Below, piece after piece: positions 29,616 through 39,388 of a DNA stretch of 64,000 nt. A program made the position numbers and the translations under genes. Every line of letters starts with the position of its first letter. Within the stretch, counting starts at the first letter, position 1. The notes beneath the pieces were generated by a model that saw only the letters and a program-made list of their open reading frames with translations, was not told where the DNA came from and made no database searches. The DNA comes from Alphaproteobacteria bacterium (GTDB lineage Bacteria > Pseudomonadota > Alphaproteobacteria > UBA7887). The DNA is taken from contig CBDCGL010000011.1 in assembly GCA_965216755.1 (NCBI GenBank), forward strand, positions 3,872,001 to 3,936,000. The letters are read 5' to 3'.

Positions 29616-30596
29616 TCACAGCCCGTGATAGTCACGGAACCAGGCGACAAAACGAGGAATACCGACTTCAATTGGCGTCGATGGCGCAAATCCCAAGTCG
29701 TTTTGTATGGCGGTGATGTCGGCATAAGTGGCGGGAACATCACCAGGTTGCATCGGCGCTAGGATCTTTTCGGCTGTTCGCCCGACCGCCTCTTCGATGA
29801 CTTCGATGAAACGCAAGAGCGGCTCTGGTCGATGATTGCCGATATTGTACAAACAGTGGCGGACGCCGCCATCATCGGCCGGCGGTGGGCGATCGAGCGC
29901 GGCGATAACGCCGGCGACAATATCGTCGATGTAGGTGAAGTCGCGCTTCATGTCGCCATTGTTGAAGACCGTTATCGGTTGATCATCGAAAATCGCCTTG
30001 GTGAACAGAAAAGCGGCCATGTCAGGTCGGCCCCAAGGGCCATACACGGTGAAAAATCTCAGTCCGGTCATGGGCAGATCATAGAGATGGCTATAGCAAT
30101 GACCGAGCAATTCGTCGGCGCGTTTGGTTGCGGCATAGAGCGACACTGGTCGGTCGACGCGATCGCTTTCCGCGAACGGCAATTTGGTATTGCCGCCATA
30201 GACCGAGCTCGAACTGGCATAAACCAAGTGCTCGAAGCCGTCGCTGTGCCGGCACGCCTCCAAGATCACAGCTTGGCCGGCCAGGTTGGCCTGTATGTAG
30301 GCCATCGGATTGGTCAACGAATAGCGGACGCCAGCCTGCGCCGCCAAATGGACAACGCGGCGGATTGGCGCGTGGCGGCGGCACACGTCTTCCATGCCAG
30401 CGGCGTCGGCGATATCTTGATGATAGAACGTAAACCCGTTCTGATCGTCGAGTTGCGCCAGGCGCGCGCGTTTCAGACCGACGTCGTAATAGTCGTTCAG
30501 ATCGTCGACCGCGATAACGGTTTCGCCGCGGCGACGCAGCGCGGCACATACATGATAGCCGATGAAGCCGGCGGCGCCGGTAACCAGGACGGTCAT
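29616..30596 (-). CDS. NAD-dependent nucleotide-sugar epimerase (UDP-glucuronate 4-epimerase-like)
   Basis: VTGAAGFIG, HLAAQAGVRYS, YASSSSVYG, YAATK, RFFTVYGPWGRPDMA. Confidence 0.92.
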   Translation of the reverse strand: MTVLVTGAAGFIGYHVCAALRRRGETVIAVDDLNDYYDVGLKRARLAQLDDQNGFTFYHQDIADAAGMEDVCRRHAPIRRVVHLAAQAGVRYSLTNPMAYIQANLAGQAVILEACRHSDGFEHLVYASSSSVYGGNTKLPFAESDRVDRPVSLYAATKRADELLGHCYSHLYDLPMTGLRFFTVYGPWGRPDMAAFLFTKAIFDDQPITVFNNGDMKRDFTYIDDIVAGVIAALDRPPPADDGGVRHCLYNIGNHRPEPLLRFIEVIEEAVGRTAEKILAPMQPGDVPATYADITAIQNDLGFAPSTPIEVGIPRFVAWFRDYHGL

Positions 30597-30826
30597 AAGC
30601 CCTCGCTTCGGTTGGCGGTGGTCCAGGCCCCGGGCGGCGCATGGACATGTGGTCTTGCGCGTGGTGCGGTCATCATTAAAGGGTCAAATTCGTCAAAGGA
30701 CCGTGAACCAAAGCGCATTGGTCAAATAGGTCAGCCCTTATTACCTTTATTTGGTGGATCGCATGCGCCGAACCCGAATGTTTGCCTGATTCATCGCCGT
30801 GCACCCGTTCTCAAAGGACAGCACTT

Positions 30827-33800
30827 ATGACTATCGCCGCCGTTTCCCTGGATGACAAATACGCACTCGAGTCGGGGCGGGTATATTTGACCGGCACCCA
30901 AGCCTTGGTTCGTTTGCCAATGATGCAGCGCCAACGTGACGCTGCGGCGGGTTTGCACACCGGCGCGTTCATATCCGGCTATCGTGGCTCGCCGCTCGGC
31001 GCGTATGACATGGCGCTTTGGCAAGCGCGGTCGTTCTTGCAGCGCAACCACATTCGTTTTCAGCCGGGAGTCAACGAAGACCTTGCGGCGACCGCCTTGT
31101 GGGGGTCGCAACAACTGAACTTGTTGCAAAAGACCGACTATGACGGGGTCTTTGGTATTTGGTACGGCAAGGGTCCCGGTGTGGATCGGTGTGGCGATGT
31201 GTTCCGGCATGCCAATTTGGCGGGCTCGGCGGCGCATGGCGGGGTTCTGGCCCTGTTGGGCGACGATCATACGGCCAAATCCTCGACCACCGCCCATCAA
31301 ACCGAGTTCGCCATGGCCGACATGATGATCCCGGTTCTGAATCCGGCCGGGGTGCAGGAATTCTTGGACCTGGGTTTGCACGGATGGGCGTTGTCGCGCT
31401 TTGCCGGCACGTGGACGGGGTTCAAGTGCGTCACCATGACGGTCGATTCCTCGGCATCCGTCTATATCGATCCGCAGCGGGTCAACATTGTAACGCCAAG
31501 TGATTTTACCAGGCCCGATGGTGGGCTGAACATTCGCTGGCCGGACGACATATTGGCGCAAGAAGAACGCTTGCACACGTACAAAATGGCGGCCGCGCAG
31601 GCCTATGCGCGCGCCAACCATTTGGATCGCGTGGTGATCGACAGCCGCACGCCGCGTTTGGTCATTGTTACCACTGGCAAGTCTTACCTGGATGTTCGCC
31701 AAGCGCTGGATGATTTGGGCATCGACGAAGCGCTGGCGGCCGAGATCGGTATCAAACTATACAAAGTAGCCTTGGTATGGCCGCTCGACGGACAAAGTCT
31801 GCGCCGCTTTGTCGATGGCGTCGACGAGGTCGTCGTCGTCGAGGAGAAGCGCCCCTTGATCGAAGATCAGCTGAAGGCCTTGATGTTTGGCGACCATGTG
31901 CGGCCACAACGGATTGTCGGTAAGTTCGCCGAGAACGGCCAGCCCTTGTTTCCCTCGCACGGCGAGGTCAGTGCCGAGCGCATCGCCATCGCTCTTGGCG
32001 AGCGCATTGGCCGGTTTTGGCGCAGCGACGAATTTGACGCGCGACTCAAGCGTCTACGCAAGGTCAGTTTGGCCGTGGTTGACGGCGCCCGCGTCACGCG
32101 CACACCCTATTTCTGCTCGGGCTGTCCGCACAATAGTTCAACCAAAGTGCCCGAGGGCAGCCGCGCCTTGGCGGGCATCGGCTGTCACTTCATGGCCCAG
32201 TCGATGGATCGCAGCACCGCGACCTTTACCCATATGGGTGGGGAAGGCGTGACTTGGGTTGGCCAGGCGCCGTTTAACGGCAACCAGCATGTCTTCGTCA
32301 ACTTGGGTGACGGCACATATTTTCATTCCGGCTTCTTGGCCATAAGGGCGGCCCGCGCGTCGGGCGCCAACATGACCTATAAGATCCTCTATAACGACGC
32401 TGTCGCCATGACCGGTGGACAGCCGGTCGATGGCCAGCTCACCGTGGCCCAGATCGGCCGGCAGTTGCAGGCCGAAGGGGTCAAGAAAGTCGCCGTGGTC
32501 GTCGACAATCCGGCCAAATACCCGCTGGGCATGGATTTTGGGCCCGGCACGACGATCCATCAGCGCGACGACCTGGATGCTGTGCAGCGCACTTTGCGCG
32601 ACACCCCCGGCGTGACGGTGTTGATTTACGATCAAACCTGCGCGACCGAAAAACGCCGCCGCCGCAAACGTGGGGCGATGGCCGACCCCGCGCGCCGTGT
32701 GATCATCAATGAGTCGGTGTGCGAAGGGTGTGGCGACTGCTCGGTCGCCTCGAACTGTGTTTCGGTCGAGCCCTTGGAAACGCCGTATGGGCGCAAGCGG
32801 CAGATCAACCAGTCGACATGCAACAAAGATTTCTCGTGCTTGAAGGGCTTCTGCCCGAGCTTTGTCACGGTCGAAGGTGGCCGCTTGCGGCGCCGAAAAG
32901 GCGCGGGCATTATCCAGTTGGCGTCGGCGGTGTCCGCGTTGCCGACGCCGCCCGAAGATCCACTCACCAAGCCATTCCATATTCTCGTAACGGGTATTGG
33001 CGGCACTGGCGTGGTTACGATCGGGGCGCTGGTCGGTATGGCCGCCCATCTGGAGGGCAAAGGCTGCAGTGTGTTGGATATGGTCGGCATCGCCCAAAAA
33101 GGCGGTCCGGTCCTCAGCCATATCAAAGTGGCGGCGGCGCCCGATGCGTTACACGCGGTCAGTATCGGCAGTGGCGGCGCCGACGCCCTGCTTGGCTGCG
33201 ATCTGGTCGTTGCGGCCGGTCGCGACGCGTTGGTCAAAACTATGCCCGACAAGACTCAGGCGGTCATTAACAGTCATGCCACACCCGTGGCGCAGTTCGT
33301 GCGCGATCCGAATTTTGACTTCGGTGCGGCAGCCAACATGGCCGCGATCGAAACCGCGGTCGGTCGCGACAATGCATTTTTCGTTGAAGGGACCCATTTG
33401 GCGACGGCGCTGTTCGGAGACTCAATCGCCAGCAACGTGTTCATGTTAGGGGTCGCCTTCCAAAAGGGTTTGATACCGGTTTCGGCCGATGCCCTGATCC
33501 GGGCCATTAAGCTGAACGGTGTGGCCGTCGATGTGAACACCAATGCTTTCGCCATGGGGCGGCTCGCCGTGCACGATCCGGCGGCATTGGAACGCGCCGC
33601 CGGTACGCAAACGTCGGCATTGCCCGGCAGTGTCGCGGAACCGGATCTCGACGCTTTGATCGCGCAACGCAGCGCGAACCTGACCGCTTATCAAGACAGC
33701 TCCTACGCCGCGCGCTACCGCGCCCTGGTCGAGGAAGCTCGTGCGGCTGAAGCAACGCGTAGCGCCGGGGTGACGGGCTTCGCCGAAGCGGTTGCCCGTT

Positions 33801-34303
33801 ACGCGTTCAAGCTCATGGCCTACAAGGACGAGTATGAGGTGGCACGTTTGCACAGCGACGGCGCCCTCAAAAACAAAATCGCGTCAATGTTCGAAGGCGA
33901 TTACACCTTGCGCTTTCACTTGGCGCCGCCATTGCTGGCGCGTCGTGATCCAGCCACCGGCGTGGCACGCAAGATAACGTTTGGCCCTTATGTAATGACT
34001 GTGTTTCGTTTCTTGGCGAAGCTCAAGATACTGCGTGGGACGCCGTTCGATGTTTTTGGCTACACCAAAGAACGGCGTACCGAACGGCAGTTGATCGCCT
34101 CTTACTTCGACACCATTCGCGCATTGATCGCCGATCTCGACCATGACAACCATGCCCTGGCCGTGCAAATCGCCGAGATCCCTGAGCAGATCAGAGGCTT
34201 CGGACATGTCAAGGCGCGCCATTTGGACTCCGCGCGAGCCGCTGAAGCGGAGCTGATGCGCCGTTTCCAAACGCCGGCGGCGCGGCAGCAGGCGGCCGAA
34301 TAG
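30827..34303 (+). CDS. Indolepyruvate ferredoxin oxidoreductase family protein (fused subunits)
   Basis: SLDDKY, ISGYRGSPLG, FCSGCPHN, GDGTYFHSG, CEGCGDC, GIGGTGVVT, KLMAYKDEYEVARL. Confidence 0.93.
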   Translation: MTIAAVSLDDKYALESGRVYLTGTQALVRLPMMQRQRDAAAGLHTGAFISGYRGSPLGAYDMALWQARSFLQRNHIRFQPGVNEDLAATALWGSQQLNLLQKTDYDGVFGIWYGKGPGVDRCGDVFRHANLAGSAAHGGVLALLGDDHTAKSSTTAHQTEFAMADMMIPVLNPAGVQEFLDLGLHGWALSRFAGTWTGFKCVTMTVDSSASVYIDPQRVNIVTPSDFTRPDGGLNIRWPDDILAQEERLHTYKMAAAQAYARANHLDRVVIDSRTPRLVIVTTGKSYLDVRQALDDLGIDEALAAEIGIKLYKVALVWPLDGQSLRRFVDGVDEVVVVEEKRPLIEDQLKALMFGDHVRPQRIVGKFAENGQPLFPSHGEVSAERIAIALGERIGRFWRSDEFDARLKRLRKVSLAVVDGARVTRTPYFCSGCPHNSSTKVPEGSRALAGIGCHFMAQSMDRSTATFTHMGGEGVTWVGQAPFNGNQHVFVNLGDGTYFHSGFLAIRAARASGANMTYKILYNDAVAMTGGQPVDGQLTVAQIGRQLQAEGVKKVAVVVDNPAKYPLGMDFGPGTTIHQRDDLDAVQRTLRDTPGVTVLIYDQTCATEKRRRRKRGAMADPARRVIINESVCEGCGDCSVASNCVSVEPLETPYGRKRQINQSTCNKDFSCLKGFCPSFVTVEGGRLRRRKGAGIIQLASAVSALPTPPEDPLTKPFHILVTGIGGTGVVTIGALVGMAAHLEGKGCSVLDMVGIAQKGGPVLSHIKVAAAPDALHAVSIGSGGADALLGCDLVVAAGRDALVKTMPDKTQAVINSHATPVAQFVRDPNFDFGAAANMAAIETAVGRDNAFFVEGTHLATALFGDSIASNVFMLGVAFQKGLIPVSADALIRAIKLNGVAVDVNTNAFAMGRLAVHDPAALERAAGTQTSALPGSVAEPDLDALIAQRSANLTAYQDSSYAARYRALVEEARAAEATRSAGVTGFAEAVARYAFKLMAYKDEYEVARLHSDGALKNKIASMFEGDYTLRFHLAPPLLARRDPATGVARKITFGPYVMTVFRFLAKLKILRGTPFDVFGYTKERRTERQLIASYFDTIRALIADLDHDNHALAVQIAEIPEQIRGFGHVKARHLDSARAAEAELMRRFQTPAARQQAAE

Positions 34304-34424
34304 TGCAATCCGGCCAAAACCCTTACGCACATCAAATCGGTGGCGACGTGCACAAAACCTCTTTTTTGCAAGTGCGAAGGTGTTTATACTGCAACGCAGC
34401 ACGACCAATTCTGTATTGAATTGT

Positions 34425-34488
34425 TGTGCTTGCCCTTTTGGGCGTTTCCTCCCTGAACTCGGGCTGCCAACAGGCAGCCCCTTTTTTT
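34425..34488 (+). ncRNA. suhB/MmgR (alpha-r8)-like small RNA
   Basis: Hairpin GCCCTTTTGGGC, then TTTCCTCCCT 10-mer, then GGGCTGCC..GGCAGCCC-T7 terminator; convergent with an N-formylglutamate amidohydrolase gene; 5' end approximate. Confidence 0.75.
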
Positions 34489-34546
34489 GCGTTGCACACG
34501 GATCGTTCGCACCGGCGCCGATGTTGCCGCGATGCGCGCCAATCGA

Positions 34547-35533
34547 TCACTCCGCGGCGAGCTTCGCGGTGCCCATATCGGCCAGCGCAAGGAAAAACTG
34601 GTTTAGATCCGCAGCCAGGCCATCGTAGGTGGGTAGCAAGTCCAGGCGGCCTTCATCCAGATAAAGGGCCCGGTTGATCTCGATTTGCAGGGCGTGGACG
34701 CTCGCCACTGGGCGCCCGTATCGCTTGGTCGTAAAGCCGCCAGCATAGGGGTAGTTCTTACTGACAACGTAGCCCAGGTCAGAAAGCACTTCTTCCGCGC
34801 GGATCGACAGGTCCGGCGCACATGCGGCCCCATGGCGGTCGCCCAAGACGATGTCGAAACCGGTGCCGCCATGGCGCCGAGGTCGGCGATCGACATTGCC
34901 GCCATGGCCGGCCAACGCCGCCTGTGAAGGCATGGAATGACAATCGATCAATATAGCCACGCCGAAACGGGCTTTGGTTTCCTTGATCAAGCGTTTAAGG
35001 GCGCGGTGGTAGGGCAGATAAAGCGACTTGATGCGCCTGCGGCCTTCGTCAACGGACAGCGGCACGCCATATATTTCCGCGCCGCTCGCGGCAACCCGCG
35101 GAATCGTTCCGAGCCCCGACCTGACGCGGGGCGATGCGCTGTTGACATAGCCTGGTAGGGCGCCGACGAACATGTCTGGATCAAGTTCAAACGGCTCGCG
35201 ATTGACGTCCACAACGGTCCGTGGGAATAGCGCCCGGATCATCGGTATGCCGAGCGACGGCGCAGCCGCAACCAGGTGGTCGACAAAACTGTCTTCCGAA
35301 CGACGCAGCGCGGCCAGACGGAGCCTGGATTGCCGCAAGAAATGATCGCTATAGAAACGGCCACTATGCGGTGACGCGACCACCAAAGGCAAGCGCTGGC
35401 GGACCGGCAACAGGACTTCGAACGCGATGTCCTGCCAGGGATTAAGGTGAGTGTCAGGCACGGTTGCGATGATTGGGGTACGGCCTTTGGTTTGTCGGCG
35501 ATCAAAGTCTAGCGGATCTGCCGGCGCGTTCAC
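34547..35533 (-). CDS. N-formylglutamate amidohydrolase family protein
   Basis: ASPHSG, LRRSEDSFVD, DVNREPFELD, GLGTIPR, PYH, DCHSMPS, YAGGF, QIEINRALY. Confidence 0.9.
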   Translation of the reverse strand: MNAPADPLDFDRRQTKGRTPIIATVPDTHLNPWQDIAFEVLLPVRQRLPLVVASPHSGRFYSDHFLRQSRLRLAALRRSEDSFVDHLVAAAPSLGIPMIRALFPRTVVDVNREPFELDPDMFVGALPGYVNSASPRVRSGLGTIPRVAASGAEIYGVPLSVDEGRRRIKSLYLPYHRALKRLIKETKARFGVAILIDCHSMPSQAALAGHGGNVDRRPRRHGGTGFDIVLGDRHGAACAPDLSIRAEEVLSDLGYVVSKNYPYAGGFTTKRYGRPVASVHALQIEINRALYLDEGRLDLLPTYDGLAADLNQFFLALADMGTAKLAAE

Positions 35534-35652
35534 CAGTGTCTATATGTGGCCGTTGGCACAAAATTCAGCGATCAACGGCGCAAGGTCCAGATTGCAAAGG
35601 CCGGCGCTTCGATTATGATGCGCCGCTTAGCGGCAGTTTTGTGCCGACGAAG

Positions 35653-35727
35653 GGGCGCGTAGCTCAGCGGGAGAGCACCACGTTGACATCGTGGGGGTCG
35701 CTGGTTCAATCCCAGCCGCGCCCACCA
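35653..35727 (+). tRNA. tRNA-Val(GAC)
   Basis: Acceptor stem GGGCGCG/CGCGCCC, anticodon arm CCACG-TTGACAT-CGTGG, GGTTCAATCC, encoded CCA. Confidence 0.97.
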
Positions 35728-35765
35728 TTTTCTTAGAATGACGAGAGACAGGCTCAACCCCGCGT

Positions 35766-36326
35766 GTGACCCCAGATTTCTCTCAATTGTTTGGCCGAAG
35801 GTGGCGCGCCGCGATGGCGGCCGCCCTGTGCTTGTGGGCAATCGCGCTGGTTGCCGCCCGGCCGCTGTCAGCCGCCGAGCCGGTGCAGGCCGAAGTTAGC
35901 CGGGTCGTTCCGTATCCGCCCAAACTGGTGTGGGGTTTGATCGGTGAGTTTGGGCGGATCCATGTGTGGCATCCGGCCATCAAGTCGACAACGCTGAAGG
36001 GTGACGGTGGCCGCGGTCTTTATCGGATTCTCGGTCTGGAGGATGGCGGCGAGATTCATGAACTGTTTCTCGGCTATTCGTATCGGGAGAGGTTTTACGG
36101 CTACACGATCCTGCGCAGCCCTCTACCGGTTGACAACTACACGGCCGCGCTGACCGTACAACCGGGTTCAAAGGCGGACGAATCTGTGCTGATCTGGTCG
36201 TCTCAATTCGAGCCCAAGGATTTGCCGGCCGACGAGGCCATCGCGGTTATCGAAGGCATGTATCGAGACGGATTTGATTATGTTGACAAGGTATTGTCCG
36301 GAGAGGTTACGGTTCGCAAACCGTGA
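35766..36326 (+). CDS. Secreted SRPBCC (polyketide cyclase/MxaD-like) family protein
   Basis: Signal peptide; VW.LIG.FG.I..WHP, R.L.L.DGG.I.E, Y.Y.I..SPLPVDNY. Confidence 0.8.
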   Translation: MTPDFSQLFGRRWRAAMAAALCLWAIALVAARPLSAAEPVQAEVSRVVPYPPKLVWGLIGEFGRIHVWHPAIKSTTLKGDGGRGLYRILGLEDGGEIHELFLGYSYRERFYGYTILRSPLPVDNYTAALTVQPGSKADESVLIWSSQFEPKDLPADEAIAVIEGMYRDGFDYVDKVLSGEVTVRKP

Positions 36327-36506
36327 ACCGGGTTCCGCTCGCGTGGTTGATCTAAACCGATTTCGTAACACATATTCATAATACCAACGGCGAACTCCGG
36401 ATGAGCCGACTAGGCGGTGGTGCTGCTGGTACGGGGACCTTTCAACCAGGCGGCGCTGGTCGCGCCATAAAGGCGGACGAAATTCAACAAATCCGTCGTT
36501 CTGGTC

Positions 36507-37487
36507 ATGGCTGAAACAATCACATCTGCACAGGAAATTGATCAAGAACCCGCGGCCGAGGTGGTGCCGAGCCGGCTCGCCCCGCTGATTGCGCGATTCA
36601 ATGCGTGGTGGGAAGGCGAGGAATATGTACCACCCGACGTTGTCACGGCAGTGCCGGCGCGCGGGCTGTCGACACCTGAGACGCCGGTCACAGGCTGGAG
36701 CGAGGCACGGATCGATGTTGCCGAACGTCTGTGGGGCGAAGGTTTCTCCACACCGGGCGAGAAAGATTACGTCCTTGAGTTGGTCAAGCCATTGGCGTTG
36801 CACAATAAACTGAGCGCGCTGGACATTGGGGTTGGGCTCGGCGGCTCAACCCGCACGATCGCCACCGGCACAGATGCTTGGGTCGCGGGCCTGGAGGTTG
36901 ACTCTGACTTGCGCCGCGCGGCGATGAAGCGCTCAAAGCTCGCTGGGCTGGGGCGAAAAGCCCCGATCAAGCACTTCACGCCGCCCAACCTGATGGTGCG
37001 CGATCGCTCGATGGACGCGGTATTTTGCAAGGAGGCGATGCACGAGTTTGCGGATAAAGAGGCCATGTTTGCCGCCATCGCCGCCGCGCTCAAGCCCCAG
37101 GGCCAATTTTTGATGACCGACTACCTGCTGGCCGATTCCGAAACCGTGACCGACCCGGTGGCCCCCTGGCACGCGACGGTTCCCGACCAGGTCGAACTTT
37201 GGTCGCATCAGCGCACCGTGGCGCATCTACAAAACCTCAACCTGATGATCCGCGTTTCCGAAGATATTTCGGATCGCATCAAAGGCATGGTGTTGGCCGG
37301 ATGGCGCGCCTATGTGCGTACTTTGCACCCCGGAGCGCTGTCGCCGGCTGATGCGGCAGCGGTCATTGCCGAGGTTGAACGGTGGACCAATCTGCTTTCG
37401 GCGTTTGATTCCGGCGCACTGCGCGCGTACCGAATTCTGGCGATCAACAATATCAAGGACAAAAAACGGCGGCTCGGCTTGGGTTAG
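36507..37487 (+). CDS. Class I SAM-dependent methyltransferase
   Basis: LWGEGF..PG, LDIGVGLGG, LKPQGQFLMTDY. Confidence 0.8.
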   Translation: MAETITSAQEIDQEPAAEVVPSRLAPLIARFNAWWEGEEYVPPDVVTAVPARGLSTPETPVTGWSEARIDVAERLWGEGFSTPGEKDYVLELVKPLALHNKLSALDIGVGLGGSTRTIATGTDAWVAGLEVDSDLRRAAMKRSKLAGLGRKAPIKHFTPPNLMVRDRSMDAVFCKEAMHEFADKEAMFAAIAAALKPQGQFLMTDYLLADSETVTDPVAPWHATVPDQVELWSHQRTVAHLQNLNLMIRVSEDISDRIKGMVLAGWRAYVRTLHPGALSPADAAAVIAEVERWTNLLSAFDSGALRAYRILAINNIKDKKRRLGLG

Positions 37488-37537
37488 CAGCCTCTCCCTA
37501 TTCGGCCTCTGACCGACACGTCACATCCGTCGGGTGA

Positions 37538-37566
37538 TTGACACCCGGGCCCCACTTTTTTATCGT
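37538..37566 (+). promoter_or_regulatory. Sigma-70 promoter of rpmJ
   Basis: TTGACA-N17-TATCGT, same hexamers as the atp promoter. Confidence 0.7.
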
Positions 37567-37641
37567 CGCGCGCCTTCGCGATCAGGCCGAGGCGTCGAGA
37601 CGGCGGGACCTGACCGCCGAAAGTACACAGGTGGTGCCACG

Positions 37642-37767
37642 ATGAAAGTTTTGCGCTCACTGAAATCGGCCAAGAATCGCCATAAGGATTGCCGGGTTAT
37701 TCGGCGTCGTGGCCGGATCTACGTCATTAACAAGACCAACCCGCGCTTTAAAGCTCGGCAAGGTTAG
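37642..37767 (+). CDS. rpmJ: 50S ribosomal protein L36 (type B, non-zinc)
   Basis: [41 protein letters not shown]. Confidence 0.95.
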   Translation: MKVLRSLKSAKNRHKDCRVIRRRGRIYVINKTNPRFKARQG

Positions 37768-37900
37768 GCGCCAACAGCCCCTCTGAATTGGGGCGCCGCC
37801 CGTATGGGCGCGCGTGTTTGACGGCTGCCGTGTCCGCGACGACAATGGCCATGTTCGGTGCGCATATTGGCGTTGCCGGTGCATGCGGAGAGATGCGGCC

Positions 37901-39388
37901 ATGATGATGCCGGAACCCGATAGAGAAAGCTTGGCCGCGCGTGACACGTTGATCGCGCGGTTGGCTGATATTGTTCCTGGCGAGAGCTTGATCACGGAAG
38001 CGGATGCGCTGCGGCCGTTCGAGAGCGACGGACTGACCGCGTATCGCCAGGTCCCGATGGTCGTCGTTCTGCCCGAAACCACCGCCCAGGTCTCGCGCAT
38101 CCTCAGGGTTTGCTCGGAAATGGGCATCAAGGTCGTGCCGCGCGGGGCCGGTACGGGCCTGTCCGGTGGTGCGCTACCGTTGGCCGACGGCGTGACGCTT
38201 GGACTGAGCCGGTTTAACCAGATCCTGGACATCGATTATGCGAACCGCTGCGTGGTGGTCCAGCCCGGCGTGACCAATTTGGCGATCAGTCAGGCGGTCG
38301 CCGATGCCGGGTTCTATTATGCACCCGACCCATCCAGCCAAATCGCCTGCACGATCGGTGGCAATGTCGCCGAGAATTCCGGCGGCGTGCATTGTCTCAA
38401 ATATGGTGTGACCACCAATAATATTCTTGGCATCGAAATGGTGTTGGTCGACGGCGAAGTGGTGCGCCTCGGTGGTCGCCATTTGGATAGCGAGGGCTAT
38501 GATCTGCTCGGGTTGCTGACCGGGTCCGAAGGGTTGCTGGGCGTTATCACCGAAGTTACCGTCCGAATCTTGCCGACACCGGAGACCGCGCGCGCCTTGC
38601 TGATTGGGTTTCCGACCACCGAGGCCGCCGGCCAAACGGTCGCCGACATAATCGGCGGCGGCATCATTCCCGCCGGCATGGAAATGATGGATAAGTTGGC
38701 CATCGAAGCCGCCGAAGCATTTTGTCAGGCGGGCTATCCGCTGGACGCGGCGGCCTTGTTGATCGTCGAACTCGATGGGTCCCAGGTCGAGGTTGATCAC
38801 TTGCTTGAGCACGTCCATGGTTTGGCGGGCGCCAATGGCGCCACATCGATCCGCGCCAGCCAGAACGAGGAACAGCGCCTACGTTTCTGGGCCGGACGCA
38901 AGGCCGCCTTTCCGGCGATCGGTCGTCTGACGCCAGACTACTACTGCATGGATGGGACCATACCGCGTGGTCGCTTGTCCGAGGTCTTGGCACGGATGAG
39001 CGCACTGTCGGACTCCTATGGCTTGCGCGTCGCCAACGTGTTCCATGCTGGCGACGGCAATTTGCACCCCTTAATCATGTATGACGCCAATATCCCCGGT
39101 GATCTTGAAAAGACCGAGGCGTTCGGGGCCGACATCCTCAAATTGTGCGTCGAAGTTGGGGGTGTGCTCACCGGCGAACATGGCGTCGGCGTCGAAAAAC
39201 GGGACCTGATGGGTACGATGTTTGGCGACGATGATTTGAACCAACAACAACGGGTGAAATGCGCGTTTGATCCCGACGGGCTGCTCAATCCCGGCAAGGT
39301 GTTCCCGACTCTGCACCGGTGTGCGGAACTGGGGCGCATGCACATTCATCGCGGCGCCATACCGTTTCCGGATTTGCCCCGGTTCTAA
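37901..39388 (+). CDS. glcD: Glycolate oxidase FAD-linked subunit
   Basis: PRGAGTGLSGG, YAPDPSSQIACTIGGNVAENSGG, HAGDGNLHP, GEHGVGVEK. Confidence 0.93.
   Translation: MMMPEPDRESLAARDTLIARLADIVPGESLITEADALRPFESDGLTAYRQVPMVVVLPETTAQVSRILRVCSEMGIKVVPRGAGTGLSGGALPLADGVTLGLSRFNQILDIDYANRCVVVQPGVTNLAISQAVADAGFYYAPDPSSQIACTIGGNVAENSGGVHCLKYGVTTNNILGIEMVLVDGEVVRLGGRHLDSEGYDLLGLLTGSEGLLGVITEVTVRILPTPETARALLIGFPTTEAAGQTVADIIGGGIIPAGMEMMDKLAIEAAEAFCQAGYPLDAAALLIVELDGSQVEVDHLLEHVHGLAGANGATSIRASQNEEQRLRFWAGRKAAFPAIGRLTPDYYCMDGTIPRGRLSEVLARMSALSDSYGLRVANVFHAGDGNLHPLIMYDANIPGDLEKTEAFGADILKLCVEVGGVLTGEHGVGVEKRDLMGTMFGDDDLNQQQRVKCAFDPDGLLNPGKVFPTLHRCAELGRMHIHRGAIPFPDLPRF

Noticed and set aside
35653-36500. 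Integrative element at tRNA-Val
   Set aside because: No integrase, no duplicated tRNA 3' end seen and no sustained compositional shift.
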